From Utricularia gibba (taxonomy: Eukaryota; Plantae; Magnoliophyta): 64,000 nucleotides of DNA. A program made the translations under genes and the position numbers. The notes below the pieces were generated by a model. The model saw nothing but the letters and a program-made list of their open reading frames with translations. It did no database searches and had not been told where the DNA came from. Positions 25,611 to 42,668 of this stretch are shown in pieces; within the stretch, counting starts at the first letter, position 1; every line of letters starts with the position of its first letter. Location of the stretch: positions 1,736,001 through 1,800,000 of the forward strand of contig NEEC01000012.1 of the NCBI GenBank assembly GCA_002189035.1. The letters are read 5' to 3'.

Positions 25611-28600
25611 ATGGAATTCTTGGATGAATGCCCCATCAGTCCGAGCAAGAGTGATGGTAATTTCGCACAATTTTGTATCTTACATCGTTTCCTGATGTTT
25701 TTGGGACATGGGTTTATGGTATTAGACAATCTTTAGCAAGAAATCTTTGTTGATAGAAACTGTGTCTTCATCTTCATCCAACTGCTAGATGTTCTCTGTT
25801 TCAGGTAAACTAAGGGCTAGATTTTTCTTGACATCCCCTGATTTAGTATGTATTGGATCACCTGTTACTGATCAAGAGTCATTTGAATGTGTGAGCGGAA
25901 AAAGAGATACTATTTCTTTAGCTGAGGAGAGATCTGAATTGGAGGATGATTCCTGTAACGCCCCAGCTTCAGATTTGAAAAACTTGTGTCCTGAGATTTC
26001 TTTCGAGCTCGTTCAAGCACTATTAGTGCAGAGACACGCACTAGTGATTCCAATTCTTCAGTCGAGGACAAAGAGGGATTTGCAGAGGGTGTTGAACTTC
26101 AACAAGAAAGGATGTTCTTGTCAAGCAACAACCATCTAAGCCGAGCCAACGCCGCATCCAATGAAGTTATCATGTCATCTGAGCCTGAGCCGGAGATATT
26201 GAAGGTACCTCGCATAGCTTCAAGCAACAACGATTTAAGCCGAGCCAAGTCTGCATCCAATGAACTTATCATGCCATCTGAGCCTGAGCCGGAGATATTG
26301 AAGGTACCTCGCAGAACAAGCTATGTACTCATATTTTTTTTAGAGGTGATATAAGCAAACTGATAGAAGGTTTTAGTTCACCTCAACAAAAAATGCAATG
26401 CTGCTGATTGATGGAAGTAGTATTTTGTAATTGCTATAAATTTTGGGTGTGTTATTAGCAAGATTGATGGTTGAGAAGGCTTTGTATGCATAATACAGCT
26501 AGGATCTTCTATGAAAGTGTTGGGGTGCTAGAAGAAATCATTGATGGATTTGATTATCAACTTCTATTTTACAGAAGAATGAAATTTGCATTGTTGATGG
26601 AGACCTTGACAAGCTTCGAATTGAAAATGAGTTAGAAAAGAGGGAACTTTTGGATACAACAAAGGCTTTACAGCAACTTAGAAATGAATACAAGGCCAAG
26701 GATAAGGAATGCCAGGAAGCGTTGAAATCATTGAATGAACTGAAGAACGAGCTAATGCGAAAATCGATGCATGTTGGATCACTTGGTAAGGAAAGCAAGT
26801 GGGATCTTCAATTGCTCAAGGTAGTTAACTGCATCTGCTAATCCTTCATATGTTTTTTTTTTCTCTTGTGTAGCCTGTGCAATTGAAGGTCAAGTTAAAG
26901 AGAAAAGCCAATGGTTTTCATCTCTGAAAGAATTAACAAGAAGCCTAAAGGTGCATCAAATTTTTCCTTGTTTCGTGTTGCGGATTTTACCCAAACTCAA
27001 TTCGGGTTCTATTATTGCAATGAAACTCGAAATGCAGCGCACAAGAAGCTCTTTTTATTGTCATCATCCCAAATACTACTTTATATATCATTGGTAAACT
27101 TTATTGCAGATTCTCAAGATGGACCACTTCAGTTTGCTACAGGAAGCGTCGCAACTACAGCATTGTGTTGCAGAGATGGATGGTGTAAAATCAGCTATTC
27201 AGTCTACATGTAGCATCCTATTCACACAAAGAAGTTCTTATTCTTCTTCTTTTCTTATTGTTTTTCGGTAGTCTTATCCTTAATCTGGTTTAAATTTCTG
27301 GTAGTTCAACAGCATCTTCAACTAGACAGAGATATTGGATTGAAGTTCCTCCAAGCCGAAAAAGAGAGAAAAGAACTTTACAACAAAGTACTTGAGCTGA
27401 AAGGCAAGGATTTGGTTCTTTGAGTTTTGGATCAAACTTTCCCTTTGTCAACAGCTTCTAGAAAATGTGCATTGCTTTCTTTCAGGTAATATTCGAGTGT
27501 TTTGTCGTTGTCGGCCTCTAAATGCTGAAGAAATTGAAACAGAAGCATCAATGGCAGTTGAGTTTGGGTCAAAAAAAGATGGAGAAATAACTCTAAAATC
27601 AAATGGAATACCAAAGAAAACTTTCAAGTTTGATGCAGTTTTTCCTCCTGAAGCTGATCAAGCTGAAGTCTTTGAGGAGACAGCTCCACTTGCTAATTCT
27701 GTTCTAGATGGATATAATGTATGCATATTCGCTTATGGGCAAACTGGCACTGGGAAAACTTTCACTATGGAGGGAACTGCAGATGCTCGTGGTGTCAACT
27801 ACAGAACTCTTGAAAAGTTGTTTGATATCATTGAGGAAAGGAGAAACACTTTTCACTATGAGGTATCAGTGAGTGTGCTAGAGGTTTACAATGAGCAGAT
27901 ACGAGATTTGCTTGCCTCAGAATCACCCTCAAATGCTGTCACAAAGAGGTAGTTCAACACTTGCATATCTGTCTTCCTTGTTCATAGTTTCTACCCTAAA
28001 CTTCACAGTTTTCTTAATTAATATCGCTTCATCTGTTATGGGAGGATTTCAGGCTAGAGATCAAACAAGTTGGCGACATAGGACATCATGTTCCAGGTTT
28101 AGTTGAAGAGCAAGTGAACAATGTAAGTGAGGTTTGGGAAGTCCTACATACTGGAAGCAAAGCGAGGGCAGTTGGATTAACTAGCATGAATGAGCACAGC
28201 AGCCGGTCTCATTGGTAAGCAGTGAATTTTCGAGCTTTTAAGTTTTCTCCATCATGAAAAGCATAATGGTCCTAAAAGAGACATGGTTCATGATTGTAGC
28301 ATACATTGCGTGATGGTGAAGGCTGAAAACCTTATCAATGGAGAGTCCACAAGAAGCAAACTCTGGCTTGTTGATCTTGCCGGAAGTGAGAGATTAGCCA
28401 AGTCGGAAGTGCAAGGGAGCAGACTTAAAGAAACTCAGAACATTAACAGATCACTTTCTGCACTTGGGGATGTGATATCAGCTCTTGCAACAAAGAGCCC
28501 CCACATTCCCTTCAGGTTCATAAATCTTGTAACTTCATATGATACGTAACAAATGCCTGAACTTTTTCATGTTTCTGTTGGCGTAGGAATTCCAAGCTTA

Positions 28601-29891
28601 CCCACTTACTTCAAGACTCCTTAGGTATCCCTTGGATCAGCATACTTGTATGTTGAAAGAGACTACTGATACTTTTTCCCTCATCTTGTCCATGACAGGA
28701 GGACATTCAAAGGTGTTGATGTTTGTTCAGATCAGCCCAAATGAAAATGATCTGAATGAGACCCTTTGCTCGTTGAATTTTGCAAGCAGAGTTCGTGGGA
28801 TAGAGCTAGGCCCGGCAAAGAAGCAGCTGATGGACAAGACCGAGATCTTTAAAAACAAGCATATGGTTGCCATCTTTAAAAAATGGATCACCTTTTGCCT
28901 GCATATCTACCATGTGTTTCTGATATGATATGGTTTTAATCAAAGGTTGAGAAACTAAGGCAAGATCTGAAGAGCAAGGAATCACAAGTCAAGAAGCTGG
29001 AGGATATCAACTACTGTCTTGAGGTGAAGATAAAAGACAGAGACATGAAAAACAGAAGCTTTCAAGAAAAGGTGTGGTGCCATATGTTTATTAAGCTCCT
29101 TGCATCCGTCTCAAGCCAAGTGTTTTATAGTTCTGAATGAACATTTTCAGATTAAAGAGCTGGAATCCCAACTCGCTGTCGAGCGAAAGCTAGCACGTCA
29201 GCATGTGGACAGCAGAATAGCTGAACAAATGCAGCAACAGAAGCGACATGATATTGAGGAGAATCATATTACAGAAAGAGCTCCACTTTCTGAGAGAACA
29301 ACGCCCATATCAGCTGAGAATGTTGAATTTTCCTTTTTCCCTCCATGCCTGGACGAAAATCTGAATATCAGTGACTCAGTGGATAAGGAAAATCACCCTG
29401 AGATGGCTGACGAGATAGGCTTACCTTCACATTGTCCACAAAAGATTGATTGTGCAGCTTTGCAATGCAGTCCTCTCATTCCACTGCCGTATTCATATGG
29501 AGCCGCCAAGTTAGCTCCATTTGTTTCTGATGAACCTGAAGATTATGGAATTGGAGTTCCATGTTTGCCACAGCAGATGACCTGTTCTAGTCCAAAGGGT
29601 AAAATTAACAGAAGCAAAAAGATGATGAGGAGTTTGAGGAGAAGCCTTCAAAAGAAAATTCATCCCAAGCTCCCCATGCTGCAGCCACCCCTTCGACGGG
29701 TCGGTGTTAATGTTGGCACAGAGAGGCTCAGAGTTTCCATCGGACGACGACCGAATGGACAAAGAATGTTTCTGGGAGATGGTGCTAGAAGAGCTGTGAT
29801 GGCAAAGGAAACTCACCAAAAGCAAAGCCAAAGAGAAAAAGAAAGAGGATGGAACATTGGAGGAACAGCAGCATTGAGAACTCTTTCATAG
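25611..29891 (+). CDS. KIN14Q: Kinesin-14 (KIN14Q-like) with internal motor domain, multi-exon; apparent 1-nt frameshift near 26009
   Basis: [56 protein letters not shown]-loop [63 protein letters not shown]. The start at 25611 (MEFLDECP) is inferred. Confidence 0.85.
26121..26318 (+). repeat. Two-copy 99-nt (33-aa) coding tandem repeat in kinesin exon 2
   Basis: Units start at 26121 and 26220: [33 protein letters not shown] / [33 protein letters not shown]. Confidence 0.95.
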
Positions 29892-30643
29892 GAACAACCA
29901 TAGGATCCTAGAGATGATGACTTTTTTTTTGTTCCTTTTAGCAAAGTGATGACAAACTCCTAGTTTGATATGTATTGACCAATACATTGTATTTGCATTT
30001 ATGTTTTTAAGTGTAGTTTATGTTGATACACGAAAGAAGTATCCCTTACCTGAATTCTGCAAATCGTAGCACATCAATTTCGCTTCTTCTCAGAAGGATC
30101 AGGAGCCTTTACTGCGATTTCGAGAGATGTACGGTGCAGAAGTGTATGTAAACCGAAAAAGGAGAAAGGGGGAAGTGACAAGTAGCCAAATATCTATTAG
30201 TTTTTAGATTTTTTGTCTGAATTTTTTAGTTCATAAATATTTCATAGGCGCTCACGACTCCACATCAACCCATCTTCTAGTTGGCAGAGATAAGGTCCAA
30301 TTTCCCCTACGCTTCAAGGAATCTAGACTTGTAAATTCGGAAAGTTTGGTTAGTTGAACCCTGTTCCGTTTGCTTGATCGGTTTAGAATGATGAAGTTTT
30401 TCTGTCCACACAGTAGTGTGGCTTCCTATTCAATTCTTTCACGGCATAGCTGAGGGGTTCCCACCTTTTTATTCATTGAATTGTGGAATCCCAGTCAGTG
30501 TTCTTTCCCCCAGCGGAAGATTTTATTCTTTTCATTGGTGTAGTGTAAAAGTTTGGAGCTTTATTCAGATGCGCGCAGGTCCCAGTTTGTGAAGAAAGTT
30601 TTTTAGTTGACTGCTGCTTTATTTGGTGGGTTGTGTTTCGAGG

Positions 30644-32706
30644 ATGATGTCAATTACATGCCATAATCTTGATTCTGTGAAAACAAGGCTGGAATCTTTG
30701 GTTCCTGCATCTTCCTCCAGTGACCCTTTTTATATTTCGTCTGTGAGAAATCGGGAGGCAAAGGAAGGAATCAAGAATGCAAGTAAACGCCGCAAATCTA
30801 GCCAGCTTTTGTATTGCAGGCGAGAACCCAACCGATGCCAAGTGTTACCTACAAAAACTCAGGACGCTTTTGTCAACAGTTAGTTTCTTTTTTCTTTTTT
30901 TGTTAAAGAGATTTCTCTGCATCTCTCTATTTTATGTTGTTTTATAACTTATGACTGAATCCGGCGCCATGGCCGAAGGTCTTGCTGCTGGTCCTGTAGA
31001 TTTGACTATAGAGTCAAAGGGATTCCCTTCATTATCGGATATGTTTGAAGTGGTAGCTGACGATCTTCAAACTTTGAACAAGAATCTGCAGTCTGTGAGT
31101 CTCTTAATGCTTTGGCTGAACTCCTTCTTGATAACTGCTGCGTGTAGAACAAAATAGGTGCAGAATTTTTTTTGTGGGTTTCAAAGCAAAACTTTCAGTA
31201 GTTGCTTCAGATGGAGGTTTGAATCCTTCCTTTTGGTCTCCTTCCTACAGTAGCCCTTGCTTGCCTTGTAAATTGTCCCTAACACTGTGTGTTGTTAAAT
31301 GCTCAACTTGTTTGTGTTTCTTCTACCATTCATGGGCTTTGATGTCTACTTATCTGTTTACAATTCTTCTTTTCAGCAAGATTCAATGTCTGCAACTTGT
31401 TTCTTGTCTCTTTTAATCAAGAAATCATGTCCTTATTCGGTTGTTTTCAGATTGTTGGTGCAGAAAACCCCGTGCTGATGTCTGCCGCTGAGCAGATCTT
31501 TGGAGCAGGAGGCAAAAGGATGAGGCCTGCCCTGGTTTTTCTAGTGTCAAGAGCAACTGCTTTGATGTCTGGTCTGAAGTAAGATACATTCTCTTCCTCC
31601 CTGTAATTCTCATACATGATGCTGCCTGTGCTTCTTCAACAAAACATCACTAAATGGCATCTATTTCTGTGAATCAGAGACCTCACCAAGGAACACAGAA
31701 GGTTAGCAGAAATCATTGAAATGATCCACACCGCAAGTCTAATACATGATGATGTGCTGGATGAGAGCGAGCTGCGGCGAGGTTCGTGTTTCCGGAAGCA
31801 TTTTTTAGTAGAGTTTGGTTTCTCCTGAAACCAGAGAAAATCTTTGCCTCCTCTTCAGTTTTACAGAATAGGCAGCATTCTTAGTATGATGAGAAGATGC
31901 CCAAAGCAAAATATTTGATCTGAGCTGAAGTTGCCATCTCCTTGCTTCAGGGAAAGAAACTGTCCACCAAATATTCGGAACCAGAGTGGCGGTCCTGGCA
32001 GGAGATTACATGTTTGCACAATCCTCATGGTACCTTGCGAACCTGGAAAACCTTGAAGTCATAAAGCTCATCAGTCAGGTAAAACACAGTAAAAAAATCA
32101 CATCTCGTTGTCCATTTTCAGCATCTTAGACACTGCATTTGCAATGCTTTCCCACAGGTGATCAAGGACTTCGCCAGTGGTGAAATAAAACAGGCCTCCA
32201 GCTTATTCGACTGCGATATTCAGCTCGACGAATATCTGATAAAGAGCTACTACAAAACTGCATCCTTGATCGCAGCAAGCTCCAAGGGCGCTGCTGTTTT
32301 CAGTGGAGTCAGCAGCGAGATCAACGAGCAAATGTATCAGTTCGGGAAGAACTTAGGCCTGTGCTTTCAGGTAGTTGATGACATACTGGACTTCACTCAG
32401 TCAGCAGAGCAGCTGGGAAAGCCAGCAGGCAGTGACCTTGCCAAGGGAAACCTTACTGCACCTGTGATCTTTGCCCTGGAGAAGGAACCCAAGCTCAGGG
32501 CCATGATCGAATCGGAGTTCTGCGAAACGGGATCCCTTGAGGAGGCGATCGACATCGTCCGGAACTCCGGCGGCATCGAGATGGCTTGGAGTTTGGCGAG
32601 CCAGAAGGCGGATGAAGCCATTCAGAACCTTGGATGCCTCCCACAGAGCTCATTTAGATCAGCTCTGGAGCAAATGGTGAGATACAACTTGGAAAGAGTC
32701 AGATGA
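30644..32706 (+). CDS. SPS: Solanesyl diphosphate synthase (plastid-type trans-prenyltransferase), 6 exons
   Basis: Transit-peptide-like N-terminus [10 protein letters not shown]; [26 protein letters not shown]; first Asp-rich motif IHDDVLD; KTASLIAAS; second motif QVVDDILD; [12 protein letters not shown]. Confidence 0.93.
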
Positions 32707-32974
32707 GTGGAAGATGTGTGGAGGAGTTCACTAGGCCATGCCCTGGTCTATATTCATCATATCATTTGCATTATTACCTACTCAAAGTTCATTGCTTATG
32801 CATCCCATGTATAGCCTTATAATCAACCTAATTATGAAATTAAGAAAATGAATTTGAATATTCATTTTCATATTATTAAAATAAATTTGTATTTTGAATT
32901 TTTGCTACAAACATTCCATCTTCATGGTCTTAAGGGCTTCATATTTCAAGAAACATATGGATGTTCATAGTTTT

Positions 32975-33560
32975 GGGTAGGAACCGAAATTAAAAGTAAT
33001 GATTCAATTCAATTTTTATAATATGGTTCCATTGTTTAGTTTGGAAACTTAAAAAATAGGAACCAAAAAAATATGATTCAATTTCTACTATTTTATAGTA
33101 TCAAATGGGACCAGATCAAAGAAACCAAATATTTGATAATTTGATATTATATTAATATAATATCAATTATCATATTTTTAAATTAATGATGAGGATTATA
33201 TGACTATCGAAAACCATAAATGATTAATGATGAGAATTATATCACTATAAAAATGACATTTTTATTACTTTTTATTGATGCTTGAATGTTTTTGTAGTAT
33301 ATCAGCAATACACTTACTTTTCACACTATTATTTTAAATTCATGAATCTTTTTTTCCTTGCATGTAGAATTAATGTAAGAAAAAGAATATAAAAATAATT
33401 TTTTACGTGAAGTTCATTAACGTAATATTAATGATCGAGTAAGAATTAAATTGAACCGGATCGGACCGGACCCGAACTATTTATTAACAGATCCGATTAG
33501 GAATTGGAGGTTCTGATCCGATTCCAACTACTACATGGTACCCGAACCGGACCCGTCTCT
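32975..33560. mobile_element. Possible degenerate hAT-derived MITE between SPS and the MFS gene
   Basis: Dense GAACCG/GGACCCG/ATCCGA subterminal-type motifs at 33450-33560 ending ccgtctcta, with weaker GGAACC motifs at 32975-33125. Confidence 0.3.
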
Positions 33561-33807
33561 ATGAAACGTCACAGGAGGGGCGGCGTCAGCGACATTGATT
33601 TGCAGCGAGCTTGCTCTGAGCCGATCTTAGGATCTGAATGCGCGTGCCGCCTGCTTTTTTATTTCAGTCGAGGTTGGGATTGGCAGAGGGCAAAAACCCA
33701 AATTGAATCAGGGCGACACGGGGGTTCTCGTCTTGTTTTTTTTCCGCAACATTCCTGATGTTTAGAAGTTATGAGTAGAGTGCCCTTGGCTGAGTCGTTA
33801 CAGACCA

Positions 33808-35827
33808 ATGGAGGTGGAGATAGAATCACACATTTGGGTACCGAGTAAAACCCAGTTCGTGTTCTTGTTCGTCTTGTGTTTCCTCTCGCTCTTCTATTTG
33901 CCCCCCAAAACTACAGCTAATGTCTTCGATCACGCCTCTTCCGCCTCCTTTCGCAGATTTCAGCGAAAATTTCTTGCCCTCTTCGCCCTTTCCTCAGGTC
34001 TCTTGGTTCACCTTTTTTTTTTTCGTTACAGTTGTGTGGATGGGTCTCCTGTAATTCTTATTGGCTGAAAGTTGATGTTTTTCCTGTCTAAAAAGTCATT
34101 CAGGGGTCATTGGATGTGTTCGGGGAATACGAGTTTGCTTTCTATGGAGTGGGTAAAGACCAAATTTTGAGAGCACTGTGCATTGGATATGCAGCCTCTG
34201 TGATGACTGGGAGTTTTCTTGGAGTACTTTCTGATGTAATGTGAGCTTACAGTGCGCAACTCTCTTCCTTGCAGTTTTAGTTGAAGGGCTTAGTTGTAAT
34301 ACTTATTTATTTATGTTCTGCACAGCGGGCATAGGATATCATGTTTGTTGTTTCTCCTGCTGCATCTCTTTGTTAGCGCGTGGAAGATGTTGGCAGGAAA
34401 CTCTGCTGTATGGTTGACTTGCACTTGTCTTTCAATTGCCTCTTTACTGTTTTCCTTCAGTTTCGAGACGTGGATGGTAGTAGAGCATAGCAAGGTTAGC
34501 TGCATATTGTGTTTTGGTTCTGATGCACCAAACCTATTTTTGATCGGATGCTTAATGCATATCCTGATCTTTGCAGCTAGGACCGAGGCAAGACTCACTG
34601 AATGATATGTTCTGGTTAATGGCTTTCTTCGAGTGTGCAGCTTTTATTGGAAGCCAGGTTCTTGGTAACTATCTAGTTAATGTTAACCCAAACAAAAGCA
34701 CATCTCCTGCGTGGAAGGAGATTTTTTTCCTGCTCCTTGTTGCCATTATCACTCTTGGTCGAGGCTGGAAGGAGCATCATGAAAAACCAGCTCTCGACAA
34801 GTACATTGTTTCATTCCGAAGATATGTCATTAACGGTAAGTAGTATCACTCAGTCCATTTACAGATAATTATCCAAGAAACATTTGGGGGAAGATAATTC
34901 CTTACACAGTTAATTTTTGGGACAGATAAAAGGATTTGGCTGATAGGATGTGCTCAGGCCTGTGCCCACTTCTCAACTTCAGCTTTCTGGATTCTCTGGG
35001 CTCCAACACTTATTGTAAGTTTTGCAAGGTCCTACTTCAATCGTGATCTATTTATTTAGTGCTTACCTTACTAGCCTACTCATGTCACTGACATGTCCCA
35101 ACATCAATATATGTCAGGCAGATGGTAGAAGAGTATCTTTAGGTTTGATATATCCTTGTTTACTGGGATTTAAGATGTTTGGCAGCACTTGCTTCCCATG
35201 GTTCTATGGACCACTAGCCCTTCGGCTCGACGATTCCCTTATGTATGCTTTCATCACAATGGGTGTGACACTAGCAGTTGTTGCTTATGATTATCAGGTG
35301 CCTGTGTTTCCCCCCTACCCTCATAAAAACACACTACAAGAATCTCACATCTACTGCATTTACAGGACATTGTAGTTCTCATAGTCATGTTCTACATTTT
35401 TCATGCTTGCGCTGGAGTAGTATTGCCATCTCTAGCCAAACTGAGAACCATGTGAGAATCAGAAAACCACTTCCCTTTCCATGCTCTCCCCCTCCCCTCC
35501 CCTCCCTCATCTGTCTTGCCACTCCCTGCAGGTACGTTCCTAATGAAGTCCGTGGAGGAATGATGTGCATATCACTGATTCCTGCAAATGCCGCGCTCCT
35601 GTTCATGCTTTTTCTTGTAAGAGCACCGCACATTGATGGAAAATACTACTCTGGAAACCACATCTCTGGCTGAGTTGTCTGTTTTGTAGAGACTTCACCA
35701 TGGGGAATACATGGAGAACTCCATGATGCTAGCCATCGCAGCATTCGCCATGTTCTTAGCAGCTGGCTGCGCCCTGATGCTGAAAAGATGGGGAAAGCAG
35801 CTTCACCAAATCAATCGCACATTGTGA
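33808..35827 (+). CDS. Major facilitator superfamily, molybdate-anion transporter-like (MFSD5/DUF791 type), 9 exons
   Basis: SFRRFQRKFL, VFGEYE, FSFSFETWMVVEH, RQDSLNDMFWLMAFFE, FWILWAPTL, ADGRRVSLGLIYPC, YVPNEVRGGMM. All exons join in frame by GT-AG; stop TGA at 35825-35827. Confidence 0.85.
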
Positions 35828-36992
35828 TCTTCACAGTTTCTGAGTTCTATGGATCTTTGTATGCCAAACATGGCCATGGTTGGCTTTTTGATGCAAATAA
35901 CGTAACACTTTTACTTGAACAAAAAATACAGATGATTTTTATTTTAAAAATATAAAAATTTGAAAGCATCTCTTATTTTTAAGAAGTCGTAGAATTTTAA
36001 TTTCTAGAATCAATTCTGGAGAAGTTATACCAAACAAAGTTTAATTTTCATTTGTGTTCATATATTTATATTATTTAAATAAAAATAAATAATTTTAAGT
36101 GAACCAAATGTAATTCAAACATCATCCTTTTATTGTTTTGCTGCAAAGAACTGATATATATGTTTTGTGTTTTGGATTTTGATACATCGTTATTTAAAAA
36201 TTAAAAAAATATTATGTTATCTATTTTTTATGTATTTGATGATTTTAAGATTATTTTTTTAATGAATTATGTTTTATCTAATTTATTAATTATTTTTTAT
36301 ATTAATAAAAATAATAAATTTTAAATAAACTTACTTTAATCATATTCTAATAGAATATTTTTAAATTTATCGGATCCGTATATCGTATGAGCATCAGTGC
36401 TTTGTAGTTGTTATAGCACCTTTATCCACTTGTCTAAATGTTCTAGAAACAATTTTACGTGAATAAAAAATAAAAAAACGAAAAATCAAGGTTCATATTA
36501 ATTTTTAAATTTAATTTGAAAAGAAAACTTGTCATAATTTAAAAAAAAAAAAGGACTGGCAGCAGAGCAGCCAAATAAAAAAGTATGAAAATTCAAAATG
36601 GGCAGGGCCCACAGAATAAGGGCCTGTGGTTATCCAGCTCTTTGATTTTTATTCGCGAATCAGCTGCCTTATCTCTCTCTTTTTTTGCTCATTTCGCATT
36701 TTTTCAAACCCTACAGACTGCTACTTTTTTCTCAGAGAATTGCATCTTCACACTTTTTTTGTTTAGTTATTTTGTTTGTATTCAAGGCTTTCGGTGTTGT
36801 TGTTGATTAGACTGGGCTTGTAGTATCCTATGATTCGAGTTCCAGTCAGTTTCTCTATTTTTTTGGTTGACTGATTCGTGGGCGAACTGCAAGGTGTGAT
36901 TACGTTTCTCTGTTCTTTGTGCGGATGATCGTTGCTTTCCTGACCTGATCTTGGGTAAAAGAATCAGATTTGGGGTTTAAGTGAGCGACGTA

Positions 36993-39998
<3,006 letters not shown>

Positions 39999-42668
39999 TT
40001 TTCAGTTCTGTAAATGGTAGCTCGTTCCCCTGTTACAATTGCTCCTCACCTGAGATGTTATGCTCATTACGTGAGGAAAAAAAACAAGTATTTCAATACA
40101 CCTTATTAGGGTTCTTTTCTCTCGAAATTCATGTAAACTTTACATCCATGAAAACTTGAATCCAACACCATGTATGTATGCATGAGTGTGACAAACAAGA
40201 TCATCTGCAAGTTTTTAAGCTGTCAAAGTGATGTAAAAGTGATGAAAGTATGGTACGCTTCAAATAAGCAGCAGAAAAACAAAATGGCCTGTGTAAAAAA
40301 TATCTTGAAGTTGTTAAGCTGTCATTATTTCAAAGAATATAGCACAATTTTTTGAATACGTCTGCACTTAAGCATAATTTTTTAAAACAATCACCTCTTA
40401 AATCAAATAAAGTGCTGTCATCTACTCTATTTAACAGAGTATTTTCTTTTGGTAAATGAACCTAAGTATTTCATTGTTAATGCAAAGTAGAAATGCAACA
40501 TGATAAAATCATAAGTCGCATAATATGTAGATGCTGACTAGCAGAATGGGTTACAACAATTGCACTCAATCTAATCTCATTAGAAACTATTGCAGCATGC
40601 TTAAATGAGCAATGAACAACCTAAATTAATTTTTTTCTAATCAATCGATCAAAGTGGACAGCTATAAAATGAAAACAGCAATGAACAACCTAAATTGAAA
40701 CATAAGCTTTCATTGAAATTATGAAATTTAGATTCAATTACCTTCAATTTGCACTAGAAATTACAATTAAACTTAGTAGACAATGAAGAGGATAATAAAA
40801 AAATAAATAAAATTATACGCTCCATTCACCTTTTAAAAAAAAGTTAATATCGTCTTTAAAATATTAGTTCATACAAAGTTTAAAATATCAGATGAGTTTT
40901 ATAAAACCATGATATATAAGTTTGTAATGAGATAATATATCATGTATTTAACTATTTATTATAACAAACATACGCATCATCTTTTATTAATGGGATTAAA
41001 GTATTAAATTCACATACGAAAAGTGACTTAAATAGTTTGAAAAACACTCATACAAAAAAATAAATCAAAACACAGAAGACAAAACACACATGAAATAAAA
41101 ATGAAGTATTGAATATATAAATTAATCATAACGAATAAAGTATTAGAAAATATATTAAAATATTGGAATGAAAGAAAATGTAATGGAGTCTATTCCAAAA
41201 ATTGAAGTTGATCAACGCATTGACTTTAAATGTCTCCAACGATCATTCTAAACAGTATAAATGAAAGTGGACATGTCTTATGTGACAGGATTGTTTTAAA
41301 ATGACTCATCTTTCATGTCATTATAATTTTCCGATGAATAAATATTAACATGACAAGATGTCAACCCGAACAGTGAAGTGTGAGGGGAATCTTTCAATGT
41401 TTGTTCTAACATCTATTGGAAAGTAATCATCTACTGTGAATATATGTGAAAAATAATTATTCTATATATAAAATTTTAATGTTAGTGTGTGAGATAAAAT
41501 GTTAAAATGATTAGTTTTCAAAAAATCTGTATCTTTTGGATTTATCTTTAGCGTTTCCAAACCATATCTTTCATGTAATGCACGGATCAAGCAGGCTAAT
41601 CATGATGAGCATCCATGGATCCTCGTCTCGTGACAAAAGTAGATGTCTGAATATCATTCAAAAATGCCCGACGAGCATCATGATACTAAGCATCTGTCGA
41701 GCATCATTAACCTCCACTTGCAATGATACCTCGGCGCACACAAAAAGAAGATCGCCTCCTCTCGTGGCAAAAGTGGATGGATGGGTGTAGGGTAAAACTT
41801 GCTTAAATCTTTTGAATCCCACTTTGTTTGCACGCTAAAGGGCGTCATGATATCCATCCATATGATATGATCTCAGCTGTAAGAGAACAAAAGGGAGGAA
41901 GCCTGTCATCTGACTCAACACCCAAACACCAAAAGGCACTCGCTACTCGAATGCAGTTGTGTTGTCTCAATGGATTCATGCTTTAGCCTTACCAACAGGG
42001 TGTAGATTGGAAAAGAGCAAGAACACATAGAATCAAGAAATCATAGACCTGATAATCTAATGTATTAAAGGTATTTTTGATCGTTCAGTTGATCAGTTGA
42101 TCCTACGATTCAAGTATTTGGTTACAACCATGTAAGACTTCCTCAAATCTTTGATTTCATTTCCTCTTCCTATAATTAAATTATTGTAATTAAATATTAC
42201 AACACAGGGCACTTAAAGATAGTATACGAGTTAATGACGCACTAAACAAAAGCAAGCTTGTTGCATTCTGCTTTAAACTCCATAGTGTCAGAAAAATCAA
42301 AATTAGATTCATATGAAAATTGATTCGCATTGCAGAAGACTTTGAGCAAGTGGGTGTGCATCATCATTATAAACTCGACTGGATGTGATTTTTCTTTCAT
42401 TTTTTTACAGATATGATGCTGGATAATTGGAAAACTGAAGTTAGGGTTCTTATGGAAGGTCCCAAGGCAATGAATGATCCATAAAAGCATATATCTCCTG
42501 CGACTGAAGTACCTTACGCTTTAAAGCATCAAAGAGAGTTCAAGATCAGAAGTAAAACTACTAGCGAAAAACAGCAACGACTGTGGGAGATCTGTGTGTG
42601 TGTTTGTGTGTGTGTGGCAAGTGTTGGGAGCTTATACTTTCTTTGTTTGTGCTGTAAAAACTTACTCC

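Noticed and set aside
41530-41900. Faint DUF247-like wording (PYTH, IMML.GHF, DMV..N) on the minus strand
   Set aside because: It needs several shifts and stops, and the motifs are too short to support a pseudogene call without a search.
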